From contig CBDCJV010000002.1 of the NCBI GenBank assembly GCA_965217895.1, positions 3,648,001-3,712,000 on the forward strand: 64,000 nucleotides of DNA, given 5' to 3'. Source of the DNA: Waterburya sp. (lineage in GTDB: Bacteria; Cyanobacteriota; Cyanobacteriia; Cyanobacteriales; Xenococcaceae). Shown in pieces: positions 42,286 through 52,642 of this stretch (position 1 is the first letter of the stretch; each line of letters begins with the position of its first letter). A model generated the notes under the pieces. It was not told the DNA's origin, did no database searches, and saw only the letters and a list, made by a program, of their open reading frames with translations. The translations under genes were made by a program, and so were the position numbers.

Positions 42286-43140
42286 TTAATCATTAGAAAT
42301 TTTTATTTCTAATTTAGTTCCACACTGTTTACAAAACTGAGCATCAGGATCGTGGCGAGACAAATCGCAGTTAGTACATTTATGCTCTACAAAGCTAGAG
42401 GTTTTGACTATAGAGGTATTTACTATTTGTTTTATTAATTCACTCAGTTGCCAGGGAATTAATAAAACTCCTGTAAAGATCATTAATAATGTCATAACTC
42501 TTCCTGGCTGAGATAAGGGTGTAACGTCACCATAGCCAACAGTTGTCATTGTTACCACCACAAAATAAAAAGCATCAAAAAAGTTTTTTAGGTGGTCGCT
42601 ATTTATTTGATATTCTACTTGATAAATTAATCCTGCAAAAACAAAAATTATGGTAAATAGAGTTAAAAAAATGCGTATTAAAACAATGCTGTCTTTAGCT
42701 TGAATACCTGGTAAAAGTTTTTCGATTTTCCAAAATCTAATAATTCGCAAAATCCGAAACCAACGAAAGACCCGCAAGTAACCAACATTAATCCATCCTA
42801 AAAGCAATGGAAAAATAGAAATTAAATCTATAAACCCAAAAAAGCTAAAAAAGTATTTTTGAGGATTATCTGCCGACCAACAACGAACTATATATTCAAT
42901 CGCAAAAATAATTAAAATTATTAAATCTATATTGCCTAATATTGTTTGTAATTGTTGACTAATAGGATATGTTTGGGCAACAAATATTCCTGAAGATAAT
43001 AATATTAATCCTAAAACAACTAAATCTAACCACAAACCTAAACTAGTTTCAGTATCTTCTAAATAAAAAGCTATTTTGCGACGTAATGATAGTTGGTTTA
43101 TCTCAGATTTTTTAGTTAAAACAATATTTTCTGATGGCAC
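42286..43140 (-). CDS. Potassium channel (6TM ion transporter)
   Basis: S4 RVFRWFRILRIIR, filter TTVGYGD, C-terminal CxxC...CxxC. Confidence 0.92.
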   Translation of the reverse strand: MPSENIVLTKKSEINQLSLRRKIAFYLEDTETSLGLWLDLVVLGLILLSSGIFVAQTYPISQQLQTILGNIDLIILIIFAIEYIVRCWSADNPQKYFFSFFGFIDLISIFPLLLGWINVGYLRVFRWFRILRIIRFWKIEKLLPGIQAKDSIVLIRIFLTLFTIIFVFAGLIYQVEYQINSDHLKNFFDAFYFVVVTMTTVGYGDVTPLSQPGRVMTLLMIFTGVLLIPWQLSELIKQIVNTSIVKTSSFVEHKCTNCDLSRHDPDAQFCKQCGTKLEIKISND

Positions 43141-43319
43141 GATCGCGTAATTGGAGTGATTAAGTTTAATACCAATACGTGCATTTTACACAGGTCACAG
43201 TAGATCTGCACCAAATTTGAATCAGAATCTAAATGTTGTAGTAGTTGACATTGTGATTTTAAATCGTGGCGATCGCCTGATTTTTGGTTCACCAAAAGTG
43301 ATACTGCTGGCGAATTTAT

Positions 43320-43514
43320 TTATCCAAGCAGGCGATTAATTAAAACATGAAGTCGCTGAATGACTCGATCTCCTTCGTGCATTACTATTTCATCTGGTTG
43401 ATATTCTTTAACGTGACTGCATCGAGCTAGACTTTCTAATTGTGCGATCGCTAAATCCTAAAAGATCGAAATTTGCCGTAATTAAGCGACCGACAAGCAA
43501 CCTTTGACCAACAT
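43320..43514 (-). pseudogene. Crp/Fnr-family regulator N-terminal remnant
   Basis: MLVKGCLSVA*LRQISIF*DLAIAQLESLARCSHVKEYQPDEIVMHEGDRVIQRLHVLI: start of a cNMP-binding domain with two in-frame stops. Confidence 0.72.
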
Positions 43515-43645
43515 TTATTGGAAAACAGTTCCAGTTTATTTATTTAAGCTAAAAATTAGAACCTAAAGGATAAACAATTGGCTTTACCTGTGAGGTCATG
43601 TAGCGAGTCTATAAGCAAACTTTAAGCAAAGTATTAAATATTTCT

Positions 43646-43659
43646 GTATCTATGACTAC
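43646..43659. promoter_or_regulatory. NtcA-binding site upstream of the HPP gene
   Basis: GTAtctatgacTAC (GTA-N8-TAC); TATATT 20 nt downstream. Confidence 0.68.
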
Positions 43660-43760
43660 TTTATGCGATTTCGTCATGATATATTGATAATAACGAATAA
43701 TTGCCTAGATCAAGATTACTTTAATCAGCGATCGCCGATGCGTAGTCGCTTTTATAATTA

Positions 43761-44327
43761 ATGCTTTTAAAAAGAAACTTTCATCGAAAATACATTAATC
43801 AGAGTGTTCTACGGCGTTGGAAGCGTAAATTTCACAGTTTGCGAAAGAGCCGAAAACACCAACCAAAATTTACCTGGCAACACATTGGGCTTTCTTATGT
43901 TGGTAGTTTTATTGGCATCGCGATTTTAGCTTATCTTTCAGTTTATAGTTCTTATCCTCTAATCGCTGCACCTTTTGGCGCAACTGCGGTATTGGTTTTT
44001 GGTGTTCCTGATAGTCCTCTAGCTCAACCACGCAATGTTATTGGAGGAAATTTAATCGGTGCAATAACTTGCGTATTTTTAATACACTTATTTGGTACAG
44101 CACCCTGGGTCATGGCTCTGGCGGTAGCTACCACTATTAAATTAACGCAATTGACCAGAACATTGCATCCACCAGCAGGAGCAGTCGCTTTAATCGGAGT
44201 TTTGAGTAATGCAGATTGGCACTTTATTTTTACTCCAGCCTTGGGTGGGTCGATTATTATCGTTTTAGTTACTGTGATTTTTAGTAATTTAGTTGATGGT
44301 AGACCTTATCCTAAACATTGGTTGTAA
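43761..44327 (+). CDS. HPP family membrane protein (putative nitrite transporter)
   Basis: APFGATAVLVFGVPDSPLAQPRNVIGG, LHPPAGAVAL, YPKHWL. Confidence 0.9.
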   Translation: MLLKRNFHRKYINQSVLRRWKRKFHSLRKSRKHQPKFTWQHIGLSYVGSFIGIAILAYLSVYSSYPLIAAPFGATAVLVFGVPDSPLAQPRNVIGGNLIGAITCVFLIHLFGTAPWVMALAVATTIKLTQLTRTLHPPAGAVALIGVLSNADWHFIFTPALGGSIIIVLVTVIFSNLVDGRPYPKHWL

Positions 44328-44487
44328 ACTTTTAGAGGAACTTATGTAATTTTAGTAAATTGCGATCGCACTAAATTACTTTTAAATTGATATGGATTGA
44401 TTGAAGGATTTATCACTAACCAAAATTTGTTATTTGTTTATTTTGTTTAGTATCCCTCAATTTTTAGTATGCTTTTGCTATGGCTAT

Positions 44488-45585
44488 TTAACCAACAGAC
44501 ACCTCTAGATAGCCATTAATAAATTTTGCCCCTGTTACAGAATTACCACGCCAGGCAGAAGGAAGGGTAATATTACGTCGCTGATCTCCAGCCTCAATCG
44601 TAATTTCTGGACCATATTGGGTCAGTTTTACGTCTTTTTTGTCAAATCCTGGCAAGAACACCTTAATTTTGCGCTCTGCCATGACAAATTCTGTAGGTTT
44701 GGGTACGTCAAGCTTTTCATCCATTGCAGGTAGTTTATCCATTATTGCTTGCCAGTTATCACCGTCAAACTTAGGAATGGAAGCAACATTTAAGGGAGCA
44801 AAATCAGCAGATACACTATCAGCAATAGTTCCCTGGTTAACCATTAACCCTGCTACACCTAAGCCGATTTGTTGCGCGCTACCCCAAAGATACTTGACCG
44901 TTGCTACTGCTGCGGGGTCGGGAGTTGTAACCAAATAAGCCATTACTTTCCCCTGATTTAAAGCTGCCGTACCGTTTTCTAACATTTGGCTGGCAGGATT
45001 ATCGGCACTGTTAGTAATGTCGTTGGCTGACCAAGTTGTATTGAGGATCGCGCTAGTAACTGGCTGGACAAAAGGAGAGAGGGTTTTGACAATATCTGAT
45101 TCAGAAAATACGCCTCGAAAACGACGAACGTACCAGCTTAAAATTTCTGGCAGCCCAAACATTCTCAGGGTGTCTATGCCCCCTGTACCGTCGTAAATAA
45201 TTACGTCGTATTTATCGCTTTGATAATATTCGCGGATGGCATTAAGAGCCAAGGCTCGATCCATACCAGGTAAGATGCCCAATTCCTGACCATATACCTG
45301 TTTGAGAATTGGCGATCGCAAATACTGTGCCTCTAGTTGCTTAACCTCCTCCCAGCTATTTTCTAGCAATACAGCCGAATTTAATTGCATTGCAGCAAAA
45401 TTTGAGCTAATCTCTTGAGGTTCGGTGGTAGGAGTTGTCCCTAGTGCCATTCCCCAAGCAGGACTAGAATCTTGTCCGATTAAAAGAACTCTTTTTCCTT
45501 CTGTAGCTAGCTTTTTAGCAGTTGCGATCGCGTTAATTGTGCGACCCGTACCGCCTTTACCTAAAAAGGTGATAATCAAGGACAT
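44488..45585 (-). CDS. ArsA/Get3-family ATPase-like protein
   Basis: FLGKGGTGRT, YGQELGILPGMD, C-terminal HSP20-like FLPGFDKKDVKLTQYGPEITIEAGDQRRN. Confidence 0.9.
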   Translation of the reverse strand: MSLIITFLGKGGTGRTINAIATAKKLATEGKRVLLIGQDSSPAWGMALGTTPTTEPQEISSNFAAMQLNSAVLLENSWEEVKQLEAQYLRSPILKQVYGQELGILPGMDRALALNAIREYYQSDKYDVIIYDGTGGIDTLRMFGLPEILSWYVRRFRGVFSESDIVKTLSPFVQPVTSAILNTTWSANDITNSADNPASQMLENGTAALNQGKVMAYLVTTPDPAAVATVKYLWGSAQQIGLGVAGLMVNQGTIADSVSADFAPLNVASIPKFDGDNWQAIMDKLPAMDEKLDVPKPTEFVMAERKIKVFLPGFDKKDVKLTQYGPEITIEAGDQRRNITLPSAWRGNSVTGAKFINGYLEVSVG

Positions 45586-45631
45586 ACGTTAAAAAATTTA
45601 GTCTGTTATATATTTATCTTATTATGACTGA

Positions 45632-45823
45632 CTATACGGGCTTAATTTCATCCTCAAAAAACCAGGTAGATGAGTGATCGTCGAACTGAACAACTACGCC
45701 CACACCACTAGCATCAGTCATTTTATATTCTTTAATAGTACCGACTTTGCCGAGTGTTCCAGCAACGTTTCTGTTTACTCTGTCTCTAATTCTATAAACT
45801 TTTACTTTTTGCCCGATTTCCAT
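45632..45823 (-). CDS. petP: Cytochrome b6f-associated PetP (DUF2862)
   Basis: MEIGQKVKVYRIRDRV...KMTDASGVGVVVQFDDHSSTWFFEDEI. Confidence 0.88.
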   Translation of the reverse strand: MEIGQKVKVYRIRDRVNRNVAGTLGKVGTIKEYKMTDASGVGVVVQFDDHSSTWFFEDEIKPV

Positions 45824-46034
45824 TGCTGTTTATTTATTCTGAATTTGTAATGAGCCATTTCACAGTTTAAAGCAAAACCAGCACTCTTTGAAGTTATACA
45901 GCCTCAGTTATTTGCTAAAGTCAGATGATTCCTAGGCGAAAAATAAAATTGATTATCATATTTTTAGCCACTTTTCATTACAATATTGACCAACGCTCAC
46001 AGATTATGGTCATAATATTCGTAAAAACTGCTGT

Positions 46035-46841
46035 ATGTTTACATCTATTCTAAAAAATAAGGGTAGTCAACACCTATCCTGGTATCGTGAATTATTAATG
46101 GTTTTAATTAAACGTAATCTTAAAAGGAGATACCGTGGCTCTTTTTTGGGTATATATTGGTCTTTGTTAAATCCTATAGCAATGACAGGCTTGTATTCGG
46201 CAATTTTTGGAGCAGCCTTTGCAGCATATTATGATAACTCTGCCTTAAATTATATGCTGGCAGCTTTTACAGGTTTAGTAGTAATTAATTTTTTCTGTAC
46301 ATCTACGGCACAAGCTTTACCCAGCGTGGTAGAGAATGGCGGAATGGTCAATAAAATACGCTTGCCTTTATTTGTTTTTCCTTTGTCAACTATTGGAGCT
46401 AATGTTTTTCAACTATTTATGGGAGCTTTTCCCCTATTGGTTGTCGTTACTTTAATTCTTTCTCAAAGTTTGCTCAACGTTATTGCTTTAGCCCTACCAA
46501 TTACAGGTTTAATTTTTGTTTGTACGGGAATTGGTATGTTGATGAGCGCACTATATGTATTCTTTCGCGATCTATCCTATTTTTATGAGCTATTAACTTT
46601 TTTACTCTGGATTAGCTCGCCTATTTTTTATCCTAAAGATATTGTCCCTGAAAATGTAGCCAGATTCTTAGTTTTAAATCCAATTTATCCGATTATTGAG
46701 AGTATTCGCCAGATTTCATTGTCAGGAGATCTTCCCGACTTAGTGTTGATTTCTCACAGTTTGATTAGCGGTTTAATAGTTTTGACTATTGGCGTGGTGG
46801 GATTTTCAATTTGGCGTTCTCAATTTATGGATCTACTATAA
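46035..46841 (+). CDS. wzm: Polysaccharide ABC exporter permease (Wzm-like)
   Basis: KRRYRGSFLGIYWSLLNP, SPIFYP, LNP motifs. Confidence 0.85.
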   Translation: MFTSILKNKGSQHLSWYRELLMVLIKRNLKRRYRGSFLGIYWSLLNPIAMTGLYSAIFGAAFAAYYDNSALNYMLAAFTGLVVINFFCTSTAQALPSVVENGGMVNKIRLPLFVFPLSTIGANVFQLFMGAFPLLVVVTLILSQSLLNVIALALPITGLIFVCTGIGMLMSALYVFFRDLSYFYELLTFLLWISSPIFYPKDIVPENVARFLVLNPIYPIIESIRQISLSGDLPDLVLISHSLISGLIVLTIGVVGFSIWRSQFMDLL

Positions 46842-46853
46842 AAAATAAACTAT

Positions 46854-47633
46854 ATGATGCAAGAATCGATTAGATTAGACGGAGTTTCTTTGTGGCGCAG
46901 GACTCAAGAGGAGTTTTCTTACGACCTTAAACGAACTATCCTTTCTTTTTTAGAAGGCAAATATCGTCATCCCGCCAAAAAAATAGTCTTAGATAATATT
47001 GACCTAACCATTGACCGTGGTGAAAAAATTGGTATCATTGGCGCGAATGGCTCTGGTAAATCTACCATTCTCAAGGTAATCTCAGGTATTCTGAATCCTA
47101 CTACGGGTAAAGTTCGGGTTAAAGGCAAGATTGCACCTTTAATTGAGCTTGGGGCAGGATTTGACCCCGATCTGGCGGTGATAGATAATATTATTCTCTA
47201 TGGAGTAATGTTGGGCTACACCCAAGAAGAGATGCGAGGCAGGTCTAAGGCAATTTTAGCATTTGCTGAACTGGAAGATTATGCCATAGCCCCCGTCAAA
47301 AGTCTGTCTTCTGGGATGACAGCCCGTTTAGGATTTGCAGTTGCGACTGATGTTAAGCCAGATATATTAATCTTAGACGAAGTACTTTCTGTAGGCGATG
47401 CTAGCTTCAAAGAGAAATCTAGTAAGAAAATGGAAGAGTTTTGGCAAGATCACGTCACCGTATTATTAGTTTCTCACTCAATGGAAATGATTCGTCAAAA
47501 CTGCCACAAAGCTATCTGGTTGGAGCAAGGGCAAATTAGAATGATTGGTAGTGCCAATAACGTGGTGGACGAATATTTGGAGTGCGTTACTCCCCACACA
47601 GAGAGTTCTCATCCTGTAGCAACTCAAGTTTAG
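46854..47633 (+). CDS. wzt: Polysaccharide ABC exporter ATPase (Wzt-like)
   Basis: GANGSGKST, LIELGAGF, SSGMTARLGF, LDEVLSVGDASF. Confidence 0.87.
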   Translation: MMQESIRLDGVSLWRRTQEEFSYDLKRTILSFLEGKYRHPAKKIVLDNIDLTIDRGEKIGIIGANGSGKSTILKVISGILNPTTGKVRVKGKIAPLIELGAGFDPDLAVIDNIILYGVMLGYTQEEMRGRSKAILAFAELEDYAIAPVKSLSSGMTARLGFAVATDVKPDILILDEVLSVGDASFKEKSSKKMEEFWQDHVTVLLVSHSMEMIRQNCHKAIWLEQGQIRMIGSANNVVDEYLECVTPHTESSHPVATQV

Positions 47634-47713
47634 CAAACACTTAAGATCTATCTGAGCCTGGACTTACTACAATATATTGTAGGTGAAAGTATTTTTAACT
47701 AGATAGTGATATT

Positions 47714-48733
47714 ATGGCTGCTGCCGTTTTAATCGAAAACTTACGGAAAAGCTATGGTGATGTCCAGGCGGTAAAGGATATATCTTTTACCGTACAACCA
47801 GGAGAAATCTTTGGTTTACTTGGCCCCAATGGTGCAGGAAAAACCACTACCATTCGCTGTTTGTGTACCTTAGCAAAGCCCGATGGTGGAAAAATTGAGG
47901 TGGGGGGCGTTTCGGCGATCGCCTCTCCTAAAGCCGCAAGACAAAGGTTAGGTTACGTGGCACAAGAAGTAGCTATTGACAAGGTTTTAACTGGTCGAGA
48001 ACTATTAAGGCTACAGGCAGCACTCTACCATTTGCCCAAAAAATTAATTGGCGATCGCATTGACCAGCTATTGACAGTTTTGGGCTTAAGCGAATATGCC
48101 GATAAGAAAACAGGCACCTATTCAGGAGGTATCCGTAAACGTCTTGACCTGGCAGCAGGACTTTTACACCAGCCTGAAGTGTTAGTTTTGGATGAGCCGA
48201 CAGTAGGCTTAGATATCGAAAGCCGTAGGATAGTATGGGAATTTTTACGCGAGTTGCGCTCGGCAGGAACAACTGTCTTAATAACTAGCCATTATCTTGA
48301 AGAAATCGATGCTTTGGCCGATCGCTTAGCAATTATAGGTCAAGGGAAAGTAATTGCTGAAGGTACACCCTCAGAATTAAAAAATAAGTTAGGAGGCGAT
48401 CGCGTTACCCTGCGAATTAGAGAATTTACCGCCGATGAGGAAGCCCAGAAAGCAAAGCATATTTTAGAATCTCTCCCTTTTGTTGAAGAAATTATTATCA
48501 ACACCACCCAGGGGAATTCCCTAAATCTAATTGTCAAATCTGGTCAGAGTTCTTTAAGTAAAATAGAGCAATCATTATCAGAAAAAGATTTACCTACCTT
48601 TAGCTTGGCGCAGTCTCGCCCTAGCCTAGACGACGTATACCTTGCTGCCACTGGTCAAACCATTATGGATGCCGAAGTATCCGCAGCCAGCACTAGAGAC
48701 ATTAAACAAGAGAAAAAGCAAATGATGAAATGA
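47714..48733 (+). CDS. DrrA-family ABC transporter ATP-binding protein
   Basis: GPNGAGKTT, YSGGIRKRLDLA, LDEPTVGLD, PSLDDVYL. Confidence 0.92.
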   Translation: MAAAVLIENLRKSYGDVQAVKDISFTVQPGEIFGLLGPNGAGKTTTIRCLCTLAKPDGGKIEVGGVSAIASPKAARQRLGYVAQEVAIDKVLTGRELLRLQAALYHLPKKLIGDRIDQLLTVLGLSEYADKKTGTYSGGIRKRLDLAAGLLHQPEVLVLDEPTVGLDIESRRIVWEFLRELRSAGTTVLITSHYLEEIDALADRLAIIGQGKVIAEGTPSELKNKLGGDRVTLRIREFTADEEAQKAKHILESLPFVEEIIINTTQGNSLNLIVKSGQSSLSKIEQSLSEKDLPTFSLAQSRPSLDDVYLAATGQTIMDAEVSAASTRDIKQEKKQMMK

Positions 48734-48776
48734 TCATTGTAAATTGATTTACGAAATTGCTAATTATTCTGTACGA

Positions 48777-48810
48777 AGCTATTAGCCATTAGCTCTTAGC
48801 TCTTAGCTTT
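48777..48810. repeat. TTAGCT(A/C)-type heptamer tandem repeat
   Basis: agctattagccattagctcttagctcttagcttt; similar tracts near 6858, 10131, 12594 and 21863. Confidence 0.75.
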
Positions 48811-48861
48811 TACTCAAACCAAATCAAAAGTCTATTTATTGTCCACCACAAATAAATAATT

Positions 48862-49758
48862 ATGAGTCAATCAATATCTAGTCAAAACATCAAGTCGGCA
48901 TTAGCACCAAATCCAGGTATTAGTAGACAGTACAATGAACAAAATAGCTCTTTAGCTGATTTTATTCAGGAAACATTAGCCCTTACCAAACGTCTATTTA
49001 TTCAATTACAACGTCGTCCTTCAAGTTTGGTTGCAGGAATTATTCAGCCGTTTATGTGGTTAGTTCTTTTTGGCGCACTGTTTAGCAAAGCTCCTTCTGG
49101 TTTATTTGGTGGTGACATAAGTTACGCTAAATTTCTCGCACCAGGAGTAATCGTTTTTACAGCCTTTTCTGGGGCATTAAATGCGGGATTACCAATCATG
49201 TTCGATCGCGAATTTGGTTTTCTCAACCGTTTATTGGTTGCGCCCTTGTCTTCCCGCTATTCTATTGTGGCAGCTTCGACAGTGTATATTATTGCCTTGA
49301 GCTTTATTCAAACGGCAGTAATTATCTTTGCTAGTGCCGTTTTAGGTGCAGGATTGCCAGGAATTGCGGGGTTAAGCGCGATCGCCTTAATCGTCTTTCT
49401 GATTGTTTTAGGAGTGACGGCTTTGAGCTTAGGTTTAGCGTTTGCCTTACCTGGTCATATTGAACTTTTAGCAGTGATCTTTGTAACTAACTTACCATTA
49501 TTATTTGCTAGTACTGCCCTTGCACCTTTAAGCTTCATGGCTGACTGGCTTCAGGTGATTGCGAGTCTTAATCCTTTGACTTATGCGATCGAACCTATTC
49601 GCTATATTTATAGTCATGGAGATTGGGCAATCAGCAGTGTCGTCATGAACACTCCCTGGATTGGCTTTAGTTTTGGCAGCGTTATTTTGGTATTGTTAGC
49701 TTTTGACGCGCTAATTTTACTCTCAATTCAACCTTTGTTACGTCGTCGTTTTGCTTAG
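48862..49758 (+). CDS. ABC-2 transporter permease (Ycf38-like)
   Basis: RLFIQLQRRP, MFDREFGFLNRLLVAPL, LNPLTYAIEPIR. Confidence 0.9.
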   Translation: MSQSISSQNIKSALAPNPGISRQYNEQNSSLADFIQETLALTKRLFIQLQRRPSSLVAGIIQPFMWLVLFGALFSKAPSGLFGGDISYAKFLAPGVIVFTAFSGALNAGLPIMFDREFGFLNRLLVAPLSSRYSIVAASTVYIIALSFIQTAVIIFASAVLGAGLPGIAGLSAIALIVFLIVLGVTALSLGLAFALPGHIELLAVIFVTNLPLLFASTALAPLSFMADWLQVIASLNPLTYAIEPIRYIYSHGDWAISSVVMNTPWIGFSFGSVILVLLAFDALILLSIQPLLRRRFA

Positions 49759-49796
49759 AAAAGATTTTATTTATAATTTATATATGAGGTGTAATT

Positions 49797-50174
49797 ATGT
49801 TTAAACAAAACAAAATAAGTCAATTGAGTTTAGGTCTATGTTTGGGGATGACTTTGGCTTTGGTAACAGGATTAAATTCATCTACCACCGCTCAAACTCA
49901 ATCTCAATCTAATAATGGCTATCAATCCAACGAGAAGGATGCAACCTACGGCGATGCACCTGGAGGTTTAAACCCTCTAGATTTGATGCACCGCGCTCAA
50001 CAATTAAATGGGCGTAGCCCAGCAGAATTTGATGCCGAATCTCAAGTACAAATTGAGAATTCTGTATCTAATTATAAGCAGCTTCAGCAGCAAAGAATAT
50101 TAGAACAGCAGTCACAAACAAAGCCTGCGACAGAAGCAGCAACAACACCATCCCCATCTAACCCTAATCGCTAA
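49797..50174 (+). CDS. Hypothetical secreted protein
   Basis: Signal peptide, YQSNEKD, NPLDLMHRA; GAGG RBS. Confidence 0.75.
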   Translation: MFKQNKISQLSLGLCLGMTLALVTGLNSSTTAQTQSQSNNGYQSNEKDATYGDAPGGLNPLDLMHRAQQLNGRSPAEFDAESQVQIENSVSNYKQLQQQRILEQQSQTKPATEAATTPSPSNPNR

Positions 50175-50286
50175 TTTGTTATTTTTCTCTAAAGCACTTT
50201 CACAGGCTTGAAACTTGAGGCTCGCTTGCTCTAGTTTTTAGAATGAATGTAAGAGAGGGCGAGTAAGTAAGTTCTATGTAAAAAAG

Positions 50287-50463
50287 GGCGTTGCTGAATC
50301 AAGGTATGAATTTGATTTATTATCCTTTCTATTTAGTCTTAAAAGGCTTAGAGCTACGAACAGTAATATTTCGAGTTTCATAATCGTCTTGAACAAGCCA
50401 CTCTAACAAAGGCTTAAGCCGCTTACAAAGACTGCGCTTCTTGTTCGCTAAATCAGCAACGCC
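50287..50463. mobile_element. MITE (177 bp)
   Basis: Perfect TIR GGCGTTGCTGA / TCAGCAACGCC; flanks TAAAAAAG / TTAAAAAG resemble an 8-bp TSD (7 of 8). Confidence 0.8.
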
Positions 50464-50524
50464 TTAAAAAGCATAATTGCAATCAATTTGCAGTTTGCGT
50501 TTTAAAGGTAAAACTCTGAATTTA

Positions 50525-51613
50525 TTACGTTGGTTTGTATGCAGTCCAATATTTACTAACAAAGTTATTTTCTACTTTGACGTTGGTAAATCCTGCTGTC
50601 ATCAGCCGTTCTTCAAGATTATCGGTTGTATAGTGTCGGTAATAAGGTTCGTGAAATATAGCAGGAAAATTATTCATCATAGGTTGAAAATCAGGAGAAT
50701 CGATCGCCTGCATCGAATCACAAATAACAAACACTCCGCCTGGCTGTAAGACACGAAATGCCTCATTGATTACCTGCTGTCTGGCTGCTGCTGGTAGCTC
50801 ATGAAACAGAAATACAGAAGTTAAACCATGAAAATAGTTATCTAAATAGGGCAACTCTTCGCTATTAGCCTGAAGCAGTTGAGGTAACTCCCCTGAAATC
50901 TCAGAAAGTAGCTGATTAGCTTTACGTAGATAGGCGGGAGATAAATCTGTACCAAACAAAGATACTTTAGGTAAAGCACCGCAAATCATCCTTAATGTAC
51001 GCCCTGTACCACAAGCCACATCTAATACTTTTAGCTGTTGGGCTGGTATGGTAGAAAATGCCTGCAATCCTGCTTTCAAAGGCGCGAGGATACGACGACG
51101 CATAGCATCAGCAGCACCATTAAACAGAATTTCTACCTGTAAGTCATAGAGATTGGCAGACATATCGCTGAGATAACCATCTGTCTGATAATGAAAGTTT
51201 TGCAGATAGTAGTCAGGATAGCCAGCTTTATCAATAGAGGCATCGAATTTTTGAAAATCTTTTGTTCCTAGGCGTTCCCAGATCTTAAACATATCTAGCC
51301 ACACCTGGGGGTAATAGCGGAAAAAATCAGACCAAGGATTATCAAACAGCAAGCTACGAGGATAAACTCCTGCTTGCGCATCTTGCCAATCTTTTTCTTC
51401 TAGTTTTTTAAGTTTTACCTGGAGTTTTTCAAATACTTCAGGAGAGAGAGGCTGGCTTTTGCTTTTCTGTTCGGGGATAACTGTATTGGTCAAGCGATCG
51501 CTTACAAGCTTATGGACAAAGCCAAACACTTTTTTACTTTCTTGGAAGCTTTGGTAAGCTAGCTTAGTTAAAGGTTCGGGGATAAATTGGTCTAGGTTGG
51601 GAGTTGATTGCAT
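50525..51613 (-). CDS. Class I SAM-dependent methyltransferase
   Basis: YPDYYLQNFHYQTDGYLS, VLDVACGTG, FLFHELP. Confidence 0.92.
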   Translation of the reverse strand: MQSTPNLDQFIPEPLTKLAYQSFQESKKVFGFVHKLVSDRLTNTVIPEQKSKSQPLSPEVFEKLQVKLKKLEEKDWQDAQAGVYPRSLLFDNPWSDFFRYYPQVWLDMFKIWERLGTKDFQKFDASIDKAGYPDYYLQNFHYQTDGYLSDMSANLYDLQVEILFNGAADAMRRRILAPLKAGLQAFSTIPAQQLKVLDVACGTGRTLRMICGALPKVSLFGTDLSPAYLRKANQLLSEISGELPQLLQANSEELPYLDNYFHGLTSVFLFHELPAAARQQVINEAFRVLQPGGVFVICDSMQAIDSPDFQPMMNNFPAIFHEPYYRHYTTDNLEERLMTAGFTNVKVENNFVSKYWTAYKPT

Positions 51614-51774
51614 GAATGTAGATAAGAATGATAGCAGTTTGATTTAAGTTTTATTTTGTTTTGTCGATATATATTAAGTATAGTCAACTAGCATTTAGAA
51701 GAAAACGTAGATATAAAAAAAAAGTAACTAATAATTTTAGTTGCTTGAAAAAAGATTTTCCAATGTAGTATCAG

Positions 51775-52440
51775 TTAATCTACGTACTGAACTACATCAT
51801 TGGCAGGAAAGCGAACTTTGGGACTAGTAGCGTATTTATCATCATCAGCACGATATCCAGCAGCACAAAGGGCAACTGCGCTATATCCTTGGCTATTTAA
51901 ATTTAAGACTTCATCGTATTTTTCAGGAATAAAGCCTTCCATTGGTAAAGCATCAATTCCTAACATAGCCGCGCAAGTTAGAAAAAATCCCAGGGCGATA
52001 TAGGTTTGTTTGGCTGCCCACTTATCAACATCTAAAGGATAAGGTGGATCTTGAAGATAGCCTTTGACCATATTGGCAAATCCCTGAAGATTTTCTGGGC
52101 TAACTTGCTGTACTTCTGCCATTCTTCTGATGTAATGATCGACATCATCGTTATCAATACCTTTTTTAATGGCGAAGACAACTAGATGAGAAGCTTCGAC
52201 TACAGGTTTTTGTCCCCAGGAATGCTCTAAAAGCTGCTGTCGTATTTGGGGGTTGCGAACTACAAAAAATTTCCAAGGCTGTAAGCCAAATGAAGAAGGA
52301 GATAATACTAAGCTTTGTTCTAAAGTTTTCCAAGTGGCTTCAGGAATTTTTTTATTTGGATCGAATTTTTTGGTAGCGTAACGCCAGTGAAGATGTTCTA
52401 ATACTTGTTCTGGCTTTAGAGGTGGGTTACTCATGGTCAA
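51775..52440 (-). CDS. NAD(P)H-dependent nitroreductase (NfsB-like)
   Basis: WRYATKKFD, SPSSFGLQPWKF, DALPMEGF, PKVRF. Confidence 0.92.
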   Translation of the reverse strand: MTMSNPPLKPEQVLEHLHWRYATKKFDPNKKIPEATWKTLEQSLVLSPSSFGLQPWKFFVVRNPQIRQQLLEHSWGQKPVVEASHLVVFAIKKGIDNDDVDHYIRRMAEVQQVSPENLQGFANMVKGYLQDPPYPLDVDKWAAKQTYIALGFFLTCAAMLGIDALPMEGFIPEKYDEVLNLNSQGYSAVALCAAGYRADDDKYATSPKVRFPANDVVQYVD

Positions 52441-52487
52441 AATTTTGGTTTCTTTATCTGTAAGATACAGTAATTCTGATAAATCAA

Positions 52488-52583
52488 TATAGCAATCCTA
52501 TTTTATTTATGAACAGTTAAATTTCGGTATCGGGAATAAGGAATAGAGAACAGAAATTCTACAATTCATTTAGGATTGCTATA
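52488..52583. mobile_element. MITE with TATAGCAATCCTA terminal inverted repeats
   Basis: TATAGCAATCCTA...TAGGATTGCTATA; internal heptamers gggaata-aggaata-gagaaca. Confidence 0.8.
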
Positions 52584-52642
52584 TATCAATAAATTATAGT
52601 TAATAATGCGTGTCAGCCTCTTTTTATCCTAGTAAGAGGAGG

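Noticed and set aside
46035..47633. Wzm/Wzt pair as exporter for the biosynthetic cluster
   Set aside because: No physical linkage; stand-alone wzm/wzt pairs are common in cyanobacteria.
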